Assembly: GCA_965116845.1 (NCBI GenBank)
Contig: OZ220728.1
Location: 4,920,433-4,984,432, forward strand
Reading direction: 5' to 3'
Length of the DNA stretch: 64,000 bases
Source: Vicinamibacterales bacterium
GTDB taxonomy: Bacteria; Acidobacteriota; Vicinamibacteria; Vicinamibacterales; UBA8438
How positions within the stretch are numbered: position 1 is the first letter of the stretch; every line of letters begins with the position of its first letter. The notes under the pieces are model-generated. The model worked only from the letters and a program-made list of their open reading frames with translations. It did no database searches and was not told the origin of the DNA. Below, piece after piece: positions 19,195 through 28,769 of the stretch. Position numbers and translations under genes: made by a program.

Positions 19195-20625
19195 ATGCGC
19201 GGCGAATCCGATCTCTGCTTCCGTTCCGCGGCCGATCTCGCGCGCGCCATCGCGGCCCGCGAGCTGACGGCGGTGGAGGTGATGGAGGCCCACCTGGCGC
19301 GGATCGCCAAGGTCAATCCGACACTGAACGCCATCGTCACCCTCCTTCCCGACGCGGCGCGCCGAGGCGCGGAGGCCGCGGATGCGGCCCTCGCGCGCGG
19401 CGAGCCGGTCGGACCGCTCCACGGCCTGCCGGTCGCGCACAAGGACCTGACTCCCACGCGGGGCATCCGGACGACGTTCGGCTCGCCGATCTTCCGCGAC
19501 TTCGTCCCGCCCGACGACGCCCTGATCGTCGAGCGGCTGCGGGCTGCCGGCGCGATCACCATCGGCAAGACCAACACGCCGGAGTTCGGCGCCGGATCGC
19601 AGACCTTCAATGCCGTCTTCGGTGCGACCCGGAACCCGTACGACCCGTCGAAGACGTGCGGCGGGAGCAGCGGCGGCGCGGCGGTGGCGCTGGCCGCGGG
19701 GATGGTGCCGCTCGCGGACGGGAGCGACCTGGGGGGGTCGCTGCGCAACCCGGCCGGCTTCTGCAACGTCGTCGGTTTCCGCCCGTCTCCGGGGCGCGTC
19801 CCGACCTGGCCGAGCCAGGCGGCCTGGTTCCCGATGGGGGTGCAGGGGCCGATGGCGCGCTCGGTGGCGGACGCGGCGCTGATGTTGAGCGTCATTGCCG
19901 GCCCGGATCCGCGGGCGCCGCTCTCGCTCCCGGAGCCGGGCGCCGCGTTCCGGCCCCCGCTCGACCGCGACCTGGCCGGGACCGTCGTGGCCTGGAGCCG
20001 CAACCTCGGCGGCCTGCCGGTCGATCCGCGCGTGACGGCGGTGGTCGAGACCGGACGGGCGGCGATCGAGGGCCTCGGCTGCCGCGTCGAGGACGCGGAG
20101 CCGGACGTCACCGGGGCGGCGGAGGTCTTCCAGGTGTGGCGGGCGTGGTACTTCGAGCTCTGCTACGGGGCCCTGCTCGACGAGCACCGGCACGAAATGA
20201 AGGACACCGTGGTCTGGAACATCGAGAAGGGGCGGCGGCTGACCGGCCCGCGGTTGGGCGAGGCGGCGCGCGCATGGACGGCGCTCCTCGACCGCGTTCG
20301 TCGCTTCCTGGACCGCTACGAGTATCTCGCGCTCCCGGTCACCCAGGTTCCGCCGTTCGACGTCGAGCAGCCCTACCCGACCGAAATCGACGGCGTCCCG
20401 ATGACCACCTACCTCGACTGGATGCGCTCCTGCAGCGACATCTCGGTGCTGGGCCTTCCGGCAATCGCGGTCCCGTGCGGGTTCACCGGCGATGGCCTGC
20501 CGGTCGGCCTGCAGATCGTCGGCCGCCAGCACGACGACCTCGGGGTCCTGCAGATGGCCCATGCCTTCGAGCAGGCGGCGGGCGTCGGACGGCGCCTGCC
20601 GCCCTTGGGCGAGCGGGCCGACTGA
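19195..20625 (+). CDS. Amidase (amidase-signature family)
   Basis: The amidase signature sequence is present (GGSSGGAAVALAAGMVPLADGSDLGGSLRNPAGFCNVVGFRPSPGRV), and the protein is of typical length. Confidence 0.85.
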   Translation: MRGESDLCFRSAADLARAIAARELTAVEVMEAHLARIAKVNPTLNAIVTLLPDAARRGAEAADAALARGEPVGPLHGLPVAHKDLTPTRGIRTTFGSPIFRDFVPPDDALIVERLRAAGAITIGKTNTPEFGAGSQTFNAVFGATRNPYDPSKTCGGSSGGAAVALAAGMVPLADGSDLGGSLRNPAGFCNVVGFRPSPGRVPTWPSQAAWFPMGVQGPMARSVADAALMLSVIAGPDPRAPLSLPEPGAAFRPPLDRDLAGTVVAWSRNLGGLPVDPRVTAVVETGRAAIEGLGCRVEDAEPDVTGAAEVFQVWRAWYFELCYGALLDEHRHEMKDTVVWNIEKGRRLTGPRLGEAARAWTALLDRVRRFLDRYEYLALPVTQVPPFDVEQPYPTEIDGVPMTTYLDWMRSCSDISVLGLPAIAVPCGFTGDGLPVGLQIVGRQHDDLGVLQMAHAFEQAAGVGRRLPPLGERAD

Positions 20626-20697
20626 AGGCCCCCGTCGGCCCGCGGCCGGACGCCCCGGTCGACAGCGCCGAGGCCATCCCGGCCCGCGATGGAACGG

Positions 20698-21360
20698 TCA
20701 ACCCCGGTTGCGGAGGAGCGCTTCCAGCTCGGACACCCGCGCCTCGGCGACCAGACGGCCCTCGGCTTCCTCGTCGTGGCTGCGCAGCTCGCGACCGGTC
20801 GCCGGATCCCGGAAGCGCATCTCCCGCCCCGGCGCGGCGCGCAGCTCCAGGCCCAGCGTCTCGCTGTGCAGCGCCAGCACACCGTCCGGCTTCGTCACCG
20901 CCGGTTGACGAACGTAGTCCGAGCCCGCCAACCGATCGCCCTGGAGACGTGCCGGCAGGTGCGCTCCCTGCGGGTCGTACTGCCAGTACTCGCGCACGCC
21001 GAGCCGCGCATACACCGACCGCTTCCGCCCGATGTCGTCCCGCCACGTGCTCGGCGACGCCACCTCCAGCACGAAGGCCGGTGCCTGCCCCTCCTCCCAC
21101 AGCTTGTAGTTCTGCCGGGGGCGGTCCTCCACGCCGAACACCACGAAGACGTCCGGGGCGATCGACGTCCGCGGATCGCCCTCCCGGTAGTAGAGGAGGA
21201 GGTCTCCGGAAACGTAGACGTCCGGGCGGCCCTTGAAATGGCGGGTCAGGGCGCCGATCCCGTACATGATGGCACTGCGTTGGGCGTCGTTCTCCGCCAT
21301 CGGCCGGCCGTCCGAGCTCGGGTAGTGAATCGGAACGGCGGCAGGCGCGGGTCGGTTCAT
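20698..21360 (-). CDS. Uma2 (DUF820) family endonuclease
   Basis: It shows the typical Uma2 pattern: YPSSDGRPMAEND...PDVFVVFGV...PAFVLEVASPST...DIGRKRSVYARLGVREYWQYDP. The start is placed at ATG 21360. Confidence 0.8.
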   Translation of the reverse strand: MNRPAPAAVPIHYPSSDGRPMAENDAQRSAIMYGIGALTRHFKGRPDVYVSGDLLLYYREGDPRTSIAPDVFVVFGVEDRPRQNYKLWEEGQAPAFVLEVASPSTWRDDIGRKRSVYARLGVREYWQYDPQGAHLPARLQGDRLAGSDYVRQPAVTKPDGVLALHSETLGLELRAAPGREMRFRDPATGRELRSHDEEAEGRLVAEARVSELEALLRNRG

Positions 21361-21670
21361 CGCAGGGCCTCCAGCCGGAGCGGCGGCGCGCACGAATCTG
21401 CCAAGCTACCACACGCGGCGACGCCCCCTCCCACGCCGATGCGTTCTCGCCGCATGTGAACGCACGTACCGTGCCAAGCGTGTCGAAGGCATCGGACGTC
21501 GGCTTCAAGCGCCGAGCGCCCTCGCGGACCGTCGTGCGCGCGGCGGGCGGTGGCGGTCACGGTCGGCGGACGCTGGCGGCCGCCGAGGAGCGTGCCGGTG
21601 GGTCCGACGATGACGAGAGGCTCAGCGAACGAGCCGTCCGGCAAGAGGCCGGAAAGATGACCGGCCAGGC

Positions 21671-22102
21671 TTACAGCCGCTCCACGCGGAGACCCGCCAC
21701 CCGGTGGAAGTGCTCATCGGCGGAGGGCCCCACCAACACCGCGAATCCCAGGTGAAGGGCCGTCGCCGCCACCGCGAGGTCGTTCGCGGGAATGGGCTCG
21801 CCGGCGCGGCGGAGATCGGCGAACAGCCGCGCCCACTGCCGGGCAACGGCAGCGTCGAAATCGACTATCGGCACGCGGGCGGTGAGGGCGTCGATTCGCG
21901 CGCGACGCGACGCGGCCCGTCCGGGAGAGTCGGCCAGGTGCACGCCGACCAGCAGTTCCGCGTACGTCGCGGCCGGCAGGACGGCGTTCTCGTCTGCAAG
22001 TCGTCCGAGGAGCTCGCTCCACGTCGGGAGAGGGCCGGACGAGTCGGTTGCGCGGCGACGCTCCGCAGCGACGAGCGCACTGGTATCGACTACGACTCCC
22101 AT
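21671..22102 (-). CDS. vapC: PIN-domain toxin (VapC-like)
   Basis: The protein starts [14 protein letters not shown], with the conserved acidic D near the N-terminus. It also has [19 protein letters not shown]. It overlaps the upstream antitoxin gene by 13 nt. Confidence 0.75.
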   Translation of the reverse strand: MGVVVDTSALVAAERRRATDSSGPLPTWSELLGRLADENAVLPAATYAELLVGVHLADSPGRAASRRARIDALTARVPIVDFDAAVARQWARLFADLRRAGEPIPANDLAVAATALHLGFAVLVGPSADEHFHRVAGLRVERL

Positions 22103-22359
22103 CGGTTCGCAGGCGGTCGATCGGCTGCGTCGACCGCGGCGAGATCGTCCGCGAACGTGCGGTCGGCCGCTGCGCCGCTGGTCCACGCCGCGAGCGCTTC
22201 CGCGACGGTGACGTCACCGGCCGCGCCGGCGATGGGTACGACGCGCGCCACCGGCTTGCCGTTGCGCTCGATGACGAACGAGTCGTGGCGATAACGCACC
22301 TTGGACAGCACATCGCCCAGGTTGCGGGCCAGGTCGGTCGCTCGTATCGTATGTTCCAT
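22090..22359 (-). CDS. Type II antitoxin (Phd/YefM-like)
   Basis: It begins [42 protein letters not shown], a typical Phd/YefM-type N-terminus. It lies immediately upstream of, and overlaps, the PIN gene. Confidence 0.65.
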   Translation of the reverse strand: MEHTIRATDLARNLGDVLSKVRYRHDSFVIERNGKPVARVVPIAGAAGDVTVAEALAAWTSGAAADRTFADDLAAVDAADRPPANRWES

Positions 22360-22448
22360 AATTCTGTATTCTACAGAGTCACCGTGCCCCACCGAGCAGC
22401 CGTGGGTTGCACTGGTCCGTAATGTGCCTGTGTCGGGAGAACTCCGGG

Positions 22449-23444
22449 ATGCTTCACGACTCCGCCCCGCGTCGCATCACCCGCCGCGCCGGCTTGGCCA
22501 CCTTCGTTTGGCTCTGCGCCGTGTCCGTCGCCGCCGCGCAGCCTGCTCGTGTCGAAACGGTGGAGCTCCACTCGCCCGCCGTCGACCGACCGATGAAGTA
22601 CGAGGTCGTCCTGCCCAGCGGGTACCACGATCCGGCCAACGCGGAGCGCCGCTACCCGACGCTGTACCTCCTGCACGGGGAGGGCCGCAGCTTCCTCGCG
22701 TGGCGGGACATCCTCGACGACGCGACGGTTGCGGGCGAGCGCGCGATGATCCTCGTGCTGCCCGACGCCGGGGAGTCGTTCTACGTCAACTGGGAGCGGA
22801 GCGACGACGGCCGGCGCGACGCGTGGGAGGACTACCTCGTCGACGACCTCGTGGGGCACGTCGACGCGCGCTACCGGACGGTGGCGGCGCGGGAGGGGCG
22901 CGCCATCGCCGGCTTCGGGATGGGCGGCTACGGGGCGTTGACCGTCGGGTTGCGCAACGCGGACCGCTTCGTCTCCGTCGGGAGCCAGTCGGGCATGATC
23001 GACTACGCCCGGTTGGCCGCCGAGCGGCTGCGGCTCGGCGGCGACGCCAATCCGCCGCCGGGCTACACGCCGGAGGCCGAGGCGCGGCGGCGCGCCGAGG
23101 ACCCGCGGATCGGCCTCCCCGGCTTCAGCAGCATCGTCGACCGGACGCCCCGCGGCCAGCCGTTCGTCACGGCGGCGGAGGCCGAATCCCACGACCCGTT
23201 CCTGCTCGTGATGCGGGTCCGCCGCAACGCGCTGCCCTTCATCCAGATCGATTCCGGCACGGCAGGCCCCTACCTCCTCGCCGCCCAGGCGTTCGCCGGG
23301 ATGCTGATCGACGCCGACATCCCCTTCGACTTCCGGCAGCGGCGCGGCGGGCACGACACCGCCTACTGGCGCGAGGCCTACCGCTACGCGCTCGACACGC
23401 ACTACGAGACGATGCGGCAGGCGCTGGCGCAACGCGAGCCGTAG
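22449..23444 (+). CDS. Putative esterase family (esterase D/enterochelin-esterase-like alpha/beta fold), nucleophile Ser replaced by Gly
   Basis: It has YPTLYLLHGEG and an elbow motif AIAGFGMGGYGAL where GxSxG is expected. It also has a C-terminal GGHDTAYW. A signal-like N-terminus follows ATG 22449. Confidence 0.75.
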   Translation: MLHDSAPRRITRRAGLATFVWLCAVSVAAAQPARVETVELHSPAVDRPMKYEVVLPSGYHDPANAERRYPTLYLLHGEGRSFLAWRDILDDATVAGERAMILVLPDAGESFYVNWERSDDGRRDAWEDYLVDDLVGHVDARYRTVAAREGRAIAGFGMGGYGALTVGLRNADRFVSVGSQSGMIDYARLAAERLRLGGDANPPPGYTPEAEARRRAEDPRIGLPGFSSIVDRTPRGQPFVTAAEAESHDPFLLVMRVRRNALPFIQIDSGTAGPYLLAAQAFAGMLIDADIPFDFRQRRGGHDTAYWREAYRYALDTHYETMRQALAQREP

Positions 23445-23515
23445 ACGAGAGCAAGGCCGGGGGTAGAATGGCGCGGACGCACACGGTACCGATCCGAGAC
23501 CGCGGGAGGCGCTAG

Positions 23516-25699
23516 ATGTCAACTCGAACCAGTCGCATCGTCACCATTCTGGCCGCCGTCGGTCTGGCGGCAACGGGCCTCGTCCTCGACGGGCCCACGG
23601 CAACGGCTCAGCAGGCGGTCACGCTCGACGACGACGACGTCGGCGGCGTGGTGCGGAGCGCCGGCGGCCCGGAGGCAGGCGTCTGGGTGATCGCCGAGAC
23701 CGACGACTTCGCGACGCTGTACCGCAAGATCGTCGTGACGGACGACGAGGGCCGCTACGTCCTGCCGGACCTCCCGGCGGCGGACTACGACGTCTGGGTG
23801 CGGGGCTACGGGCTGGTCGATTCTCCGCGGGTCGCGACCCGGCCCGGGCAGACGCTCGACCTCACCGCGGTCGAGGCGCCGACGCCGCGCGACGCGGCCC
23901 AGGTCTACCCGGCCAACTACTGGTACTCCCTGATGGAGGTCCCGGAGAAGGCGGAGTTCCCGGGCACCGGCGGGGACGGCAACGGCATTCCGCCGACCGT
24001 GCGCACCCAGGCCCACTGGATCGACCTGCTCAAGCAGGGCTGCCAGCTCTGCCACCAGCTCGGCAACCTGCCGACCCGCGAGATTCCCAACGCCGCGGAC
24101 TTCGACTCGACCGAGGCGGCCTGGGCGCACCGGATCGTCACCGGCCAGCGAGCCTCCAACATGGCCCGCACCATCAGCCGCTTCGGCCGCCAGCGCGGCA
24201 TCGCCGCCTACGCCGACTGGACGGATCGCATCACGACGGGCGAGGTGCCCCAGCAGCCGCCGCGGCCGCAGGGCCGGGAGCGCGACGTGGTGCTGACGCT
24301 GTGGGAATGGGGCGGCGAGACCGGCTACATCCACGACGAGATCGCGACCGACAAGCGCGATCCGAGCGTCAACGCCGGCGGCCCGGTCTACGGGGTGGAG
24401 TTCGCCAACGACAAGCTGGTCTGGGTGGACCCGAACACGAACGAGGCGCACGAGGTGGTGTTGCCGGTCCGCGACATCCCCGGCGAGGGCGACTTCCAGT
24501 CCTACATCGCGCAGGAGATGCCGAACCCGTCGTTCTACTTCGGCGACGAGCTGATCTGGAACAACCCCGGCAACCCCCACAACCCGATGATGGACGGACG
24601 GGGCCGAGTCTGGATGACGCACCAGATCCGCGGTCCCGGCAACCCGGCGTGGTGCCGCGAGGGATCCGACAACCCGTACGCGCAGTACTACCCGCTGGAG
24701 CGGGCGGCGCGGCACGTGGCCTACTACGACCCGGCGACCGAGGAAACGGAGCTCATCGACACCTGCTTCAACACCCACCACTTGCAGTTCGGGTTCGATG
24801 CGGACGACACGCTCTACCTCAGCTCGGTCAGCGACGTGATCGGCTGGGTCAACACGAAGGTCTACGACGAGACCGGCGACGCGCAGGCCTCGCAGGGCTG
24901 GTGCCCGACCGTCGTCGACACCACCGGCGACGGGCGCATCGGCGAGTTCACGGGCCTCCGCGACGACCCCGACCCCGCCAAGGACCGGCAGATGGGCCGC
25001 GGCTGGTACGGCATCGTGCCCGACCCGACCGAGCCCAATGTCGTCTGGGCGGCGTCGGGCGGCGTGCCGGGGCAGATCGTGCGCCTCGACATCGGCGACA
25101 ATCCGCCGGAGAGTTGCATCGCCGAGTACTACCAGCCGCCGTTCGAGAACGACCGCGCCGCCATTCAGGGCTACTCGCCACGCGGCGTCGACATCGACCG
25201 CAACGGCGTCGTCTGGACGGCGCTCTCGGGCAGCGGCCACATCGCGAAGTTCGACCGCAGCCAATGCGCGGTGCTGAACGGACCCGAGGCGACCGGCCAG
25301 CACTGCCCCGAGGGGTGGACGCTCTACGCGACGCCGGGACCGCAGATGAAGGGCGTCACCGACCACGGGAGCGCCGACTTCCACTACTACCACTGGGTGG
25401 ACCAGTTCAACACCCTCGGCCTCGGCGACAACGTGCCGATCGCCACCGGCTCGACGTCGGACTCGCTGCTCGCCTTCCTCCCGGAGGAGGAGGAGTACGT
25501 GATCATGCGCGTGCCGTATCCGCTCGGCTTCTACTCGCGTGGGATGGACGGGCGCATCGACGATCCGGGCACCGGCTGGAAGGGACGCGCGGTCTGGGCC
25601 GACTACGGCACGAACGCCGTCTGGCACAACGAGGGCGGCAAGGGAACGCAGGGCAACCTGGTGAAGTTCCAGGTCCGCCCGCACCCGCTGGCGAAGTAG
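23516..25699 (+). CDS. Secreted 727-aa protein: CarboxypepD_reg-like N-domain, single CxxCH haem motif, large uncharacterised C-terminal region
   Basis: GGGAGG lies 6 nt upstream of the ATG. The protein has a signal peptide (…GPTATAQQ), a beta-sandwich-like block (GVVRSAGGPEAGVWVIAE...GRYVLPDLPAADYDVWVRGYG) and CQLCH at 24041-24055. Confidence 0.7.
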   Translation: MSTRTSRIVTILAAVGLAATGLVLDGPTATAQQAVTLDDDDVGGVVRSAGGPEAGVWVIAETDDFATLYRKIVVTDDEGRYVLPDLPAADYDVWVRGYGLVDSPRVATRPGQTLDLTAVEAPTPRDAAQVYPANYWYSLMEVPEKAEFPGTGGDGNGIPPTVRTQAHWIDLLKQGCQLCHQLGNLPTREIPNAADFDSTEAAWAHRIVTGQRASNMARTISRFGRQRGIAAYADWTDRITTGEVPQQPPRPQGRERDVVLTLWEWGGETGYIHDEIATDKRDPSVNAGGPVYGVEFANDKLVWVDPNTNEAHEVVLPVRDIPGEGDFQSYIAQEMPNPSFYFGDELIWNNPGNPHNPMMDGRGRVWMTHQIRGPGNPAWCREGSDNPYAQYYPLERAARHVAYYDPATEETELIDTCFNTHHLQFGFDADDTLYLSSVSDVIGWVNTKVYDETGDAQASQGWCPTVVDTTGDGRIGEFTGLRDDPDPAKDRQMGRGWYGIVPDPTEPNVVWAASGGVPGQIVRLDIGDNPPESCIAEYYQPPFENDRAAIQGYSPRGVDIDRNGVVWTALSGSGHIAKFDRSQCAVLNGPEATGQHCPEGWTLYATPGPQMKGVTDHGSADFHYYHWVDQFNTLGLGDNVPIATGSTSDSLLAFLPEEEEYVIMRVPYPLGFYSRGMDGRIDDPGTGWKGRAVWADYGTNAVWHNEGGKGTQGNLVKFQVRPHPLAK

Positions 25700-26137
25700 T
25701 TGTCCGTTGACTCGAGGACCAGTTCGGAGGGTGAGCCGCGCGGCGCGGCGACCGCCGGCTTCCCTCCGCGGCCTTCCCGCACTCGGCCGCGCAGCCCGGA
25801 CAGAAGCGGAGCAAGATAGAGTGGACGCGGGCGCGAGGGTGGCCCTCCCATGATCGACTGGCCGACGGTCGAGGTTGCGGTGAAACGTTGGGGTGGGAAC
25901 GCTGGCTGTGGGCGGGCGGACAACCGAGTTGGAGGCGTTTGACGCCTTCTCGGCCGCTGGGAAAGAACCACCCCGAGACGGCAGCCGGGCTCGGCCGGCG
26001 ACTAACGCTCGCAACGGCGTGCTACTGCATAGCGACCCGTGTCAACAGGAATTCGGCGTCGACAAACTGGGGGACATTCCGGACTCCGAACGTGATTACT
26101 GGGCCCACCATCGGAAGCTGATGGAGCGAGGCCATTA

Positions 26138-26815
26138 GTGCTTCGTCGCGCCATGAACTCCAACTCCGTCGCCCGCATCGAGCGTCGCCATCGACTCGTC
26201 GCTAGTCTGGGAGCGGCGGTCGAGAACATTTCTCGCTACCAGGTTGACGTCCGCGAGGAGCAGGCACTGGCCAAAGAGATGAGGCGAGTGCGCGTGTGGT
26301 ATGGCATCCGCTCGGAGGCCGGGGCGTGGTTGTTCGCTCCATCGAAGTTCGTCGGGTACGCCGATAACTCCGGCCGTGCCCACGTGTCGGAACGCAGCCA
26401 CAGAGACGGCGGTCGAACCGAGGACGCGTTGAGGCGGTGGTTCGAGATGGTCCCACGTCACACTCCCCTTGGCGCTGAACTCGACGCGGCCTTGCATCGG
26501 TTCCTTGTGGACCGCGGGCATTCCGGTCCGGGCCGCAAGGTGCGGATCTGCGTACCCCGCACCCTTCTGGAGGACCGCGACGGCGTGAATGGAGAGAGTC
26601 GCGGTCGTATACTCTTCGACCCTTCGATCTGCGGAGGAAGGGCACACGTCCGAGGAACGCGCGTCCGCGTGACCGACATCCTGGACCTGCTGGCCAGCGG
26701 CGCGGCGCAGTCCGACATTCTGGCCGACTATCCCTATCTGACCGAAGCGGACCTGCGGGCCGCGCTGGCCTTCGGCGCAGCCGCCGCCGGGCATCGCGTC
26801 GTCATCACCGCCTGA
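26138..26815 (+). CDS. DUF433-like (antitoxin-like HTH) domain protein with ~150-aa N-terminal extension
   Basis: The C-terminal 70 aa (DPSICGGRAHVRGTRVRVTDILDLLASGAAQSDILADYPYLTEADLRAALAF) match the DUF433 pattern. The N-terminal part (RVWYGIRSEAGAWLFAPSKFVGYAD...) is unassigned. The start is GTG 26138 or ATG 26153. Confidence 0.65.
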   Translation: MLRRAMNSNSVARIERRHRLVASLGAAVENISRYQVDVREEQALAKEMRRVRVWYGIRSEAGAWLFAPSKFVGYADNSGRAHVSERSHRDGGRTEDALRRWFEMVPRHTPLGAELDAALHRFLVDRGHSGPGRKVRICVPRTLLEDRDGVNGESRGRILFDPSICGGRAHVRGTRVRVTDILDLLASGAAQSDILADYPYLTEADLRAALAFGAAAAGHRVVITA

Positions 26816-26817
26816 GC

Positions 26818-27144
26818 GTGCGGTTCCTGATCGACGCACAACTGCCTCCCGGCTTGGCCCGGTGGCTGTCCGCGCAGGGCTATCACTCCGATCACGTGGA
26901 CGACTTGGGCCTCCTCACAGCGACGGACGCCGTAATCGACGCCAAGGCGCGGGAGATGGGAGCTGTGATCTGGTCGAAGGACTCCGACTTCGCGGAACGC
27001 GCTCGTCGGACCGGAGGTCTGCAGGTCGTCTGGGTCCGCCTTGGCAACACGACCAACCGGGCACTCCGCGAGCGACTGGCGCCGCACCTGCTGACCATCG
27101 CAGCCGCCCTCAAGAGGGGAGAAGCACTGATCGAGATTCGCTGA
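26818..27144 (+). CDS. DUF5615-like (PIN-like/Mut7-C-like) protein, putative toxin partner of DUF433
   Basis: It begins MRFLIDAQLPPGLARWLSAQGYHSDHV, followed by VIWSKDSDF. It starts 2 nt after the DUF433 gene stop, which is the classic DUF433-DUF5615 pairing. Confidence 0.7.
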   Translation: MRFLIDAQLPPGLARWLSAQGYHSDHVDDLGLLTATDAVIDAKAREMGAVIWSKDSDFAERARRTGGLQVVWVRLGNTTNRALRERLAPHLLTIAAALKRGEALIEIR

Positions 27145-27180
27145 TCCGCCAACGTCGTATCAGCGGCGGCTCGCCTCCCG

Positions 27181-28728
27181 CTACTCCGGCGCGAGGTGCC
27201 GGCCGTACAGGGGCCGGCCGGGGGTGACGCCGTCGACCAGCGCACCGTTGCGGACGACGAACGTGCCGGCAACGAGCACATGCTCGATGCCGGCGGAGTA
27301 GCGGTCCGGAGCCTCGTAGGTGGCGCGGTCGATGATGCGATCGGGGTCGAAGAGCGTCAGGTCGGCGTCGCTCCCGACCTGCACGCGGCCCTTGCGCGCC
27401 ATGGCGGGGACGATGCCCTCGAGACGGCGGGCCGGCAGGAGCGTCATCTTGCGCAGGGCGTCCATCAGGGACAGCGCGCCGCGCTCGCGGACGTAGTGCC
27501 CGAGGATGCGGGCGAAGGTGCCGGCCCCGCGCGGGTGCCCGCGACCCTCGCTGAACGGAATGCCGTCGCTGGCGGCCATGACGTCGGGCTGACCGACGAT
27601 CCACTCGTTGGTCGCCTCCGATCGGCCGTGCATGATGACCCAGCCGCCCTGGCGGCGATAGCGCTCGAAGGTCTCCGGCGTCAGCCGCTCGCCGGTCCCG
27701 ACCCACTGCAGGCGCTCGTAGGCTTCCGCCGGACGCCCGGACCAGCCGTCGAACAGGGGCGACTCGATGAGCGACGCGCTCGCGGTGTAGGGATAGGCCT
27801 CGGTCGTCACGTCGAGGCCCCGCTCCCGCGCGCCGCGGATCATCGCCAGCGCCTCCTCCGCCCGTGACCCGGCCGTGCTGTTCAGGTGCACGATGTGGAG
27901 CGGCGCGCCGGTCACCGCCGCGTTGGCGATCACCTCCTGGAAGGGCGCCAGGGCACCGCCGCGGGAGAACGCGGCCGCCGAGCGGAGGTGGACGAACGAC
28001 GGGGCGCCGTACCCGGCCGCGACGCCGAAGAGATCGAGCAGCTCGCGGTGACTCGCGCCGGGCGTGTAGCTGAGGCCGAACCCGAACCCGATGCCCCCTT
28101 CGCGCAGGCCCTGGGCCATCAGCCCCTGCAGCTCGGCGAGCTCCTCCTCGGTGGCGGCGCGGTACAACGCGTCGTCGGTGCTGTTGCCGAGCGAGAACGT
28201 GCCGTCTGCGTTGCTCAGCGCGAAAGGGCTCCGCATGGCGCGGACGCGGGCTCCCTGGTGGCTCACCGACGCACCGTAGTGGATGCGGGCCGCGCCGCTG
28301 CGCCGTGCGTACCAACGCGCCACCGGGAAGCCGCCGATCTCGAGCTCGAGCGCCGTCGTCACGCCGTCCCGCGCCTGGAAGCCGCTGCTGACCGCATCCT
28401 GGCCGTGCGCGTGCAGGTCGATGAAGCCGGGGGCAACGACGAGGCCGGCCGCCTCGACGACCTCCGCCCCCACGAGGTCGCCCTCGGCGACGGCGGCGAT
28501 CCGGCCGTCCCGGATGCCGACGTTGCGGATGCCGTCGAGGCCGCTCTCCGGATCGACGACCCGCCCGCCCTCTAGGACGAGATCGAACGGCCCTTCGGCC
28601 GCGGAGGAAGGAGCGGCGGGATCCGTCCCGCACGCGGCGAGGCCCAAGGCCGCAAGCGCCACCACCACCGCCGCTGCCCCCCGAGCGCGCGCGCTCCGGT
28701 CGCGCGCTGGCCGGGCACCCGTGCTCAC
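27181..28728 (-). CDS. N-acyl-D-amino-acid deacylase (D-aminoacylase) family amidohydrolase, probable lipoprotein
   Basis: This is the C-terminal 515 aa of the artefactual 1616-aa ORF. The GTG at 28728 gives a signal with lipobox (LAALGLAAC). It has the HxH metal motif GFIDLHAHG and family blocks LHIVHLNS, TEAYPY and DADLTLFDP. Confidence 0.8.
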   Translation of the reverse strand: MSTGARPARDRSARARGAAAVVVALAALGLAACGTDPAAPSSAAEGPFDLVLEGGRVVDPESGLDGIRNVGIRDGRIAAVAEGDLVGAEVVEAAGLVVAPGFIDLHAHGQDAVSSGFQARDGVTTALELEIGGFPVARWYARRSGAARIHYGASVSHQGARVRAMRSPFALSNADGTFSLGNSTDDALYRAATEEELAELQGLMAQGLREGGIGFGFGLSYTPGASHRELLDLFGVAAGYGAPSFVHLRSAAAFSRGGALAPFQEVIANAAVTGAPLHIVHLNSTAGSRAEEALAMIRGARERGLDVTTEAYPYTASASLIESPLFDGWSGRPAEAYERLQWVGTGERLTPETFERYRRQGGWVIMHGRSEATNEWIVGQPDVMAASDGIPFSEGRGHPRGAGTFARILGHYVRERGALSLMDALRKMTLLPARRLEGIVPAMARKGRVQVGSDADLTLFDPDRIIDRATYEAPDRYSAGIEHVLVAGTFVVRNGALVDGVTPGRPLYGRHLAPE

Positions 28729-28769
28729 GCCGAAGGGCCATCGTGCGCCCGCCCGCGGCAGGCCGTTCC

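Noticed and set aside
25893-26138. 81-aa ORF upstream of the DUF433 fusion gene
   Set aside because: It has no motif and no clear SD. The only support is a stop that overlaps the downstream GTG by 1 nt. I kept it as a note within the DUF433 finding rather than calling it a feature.
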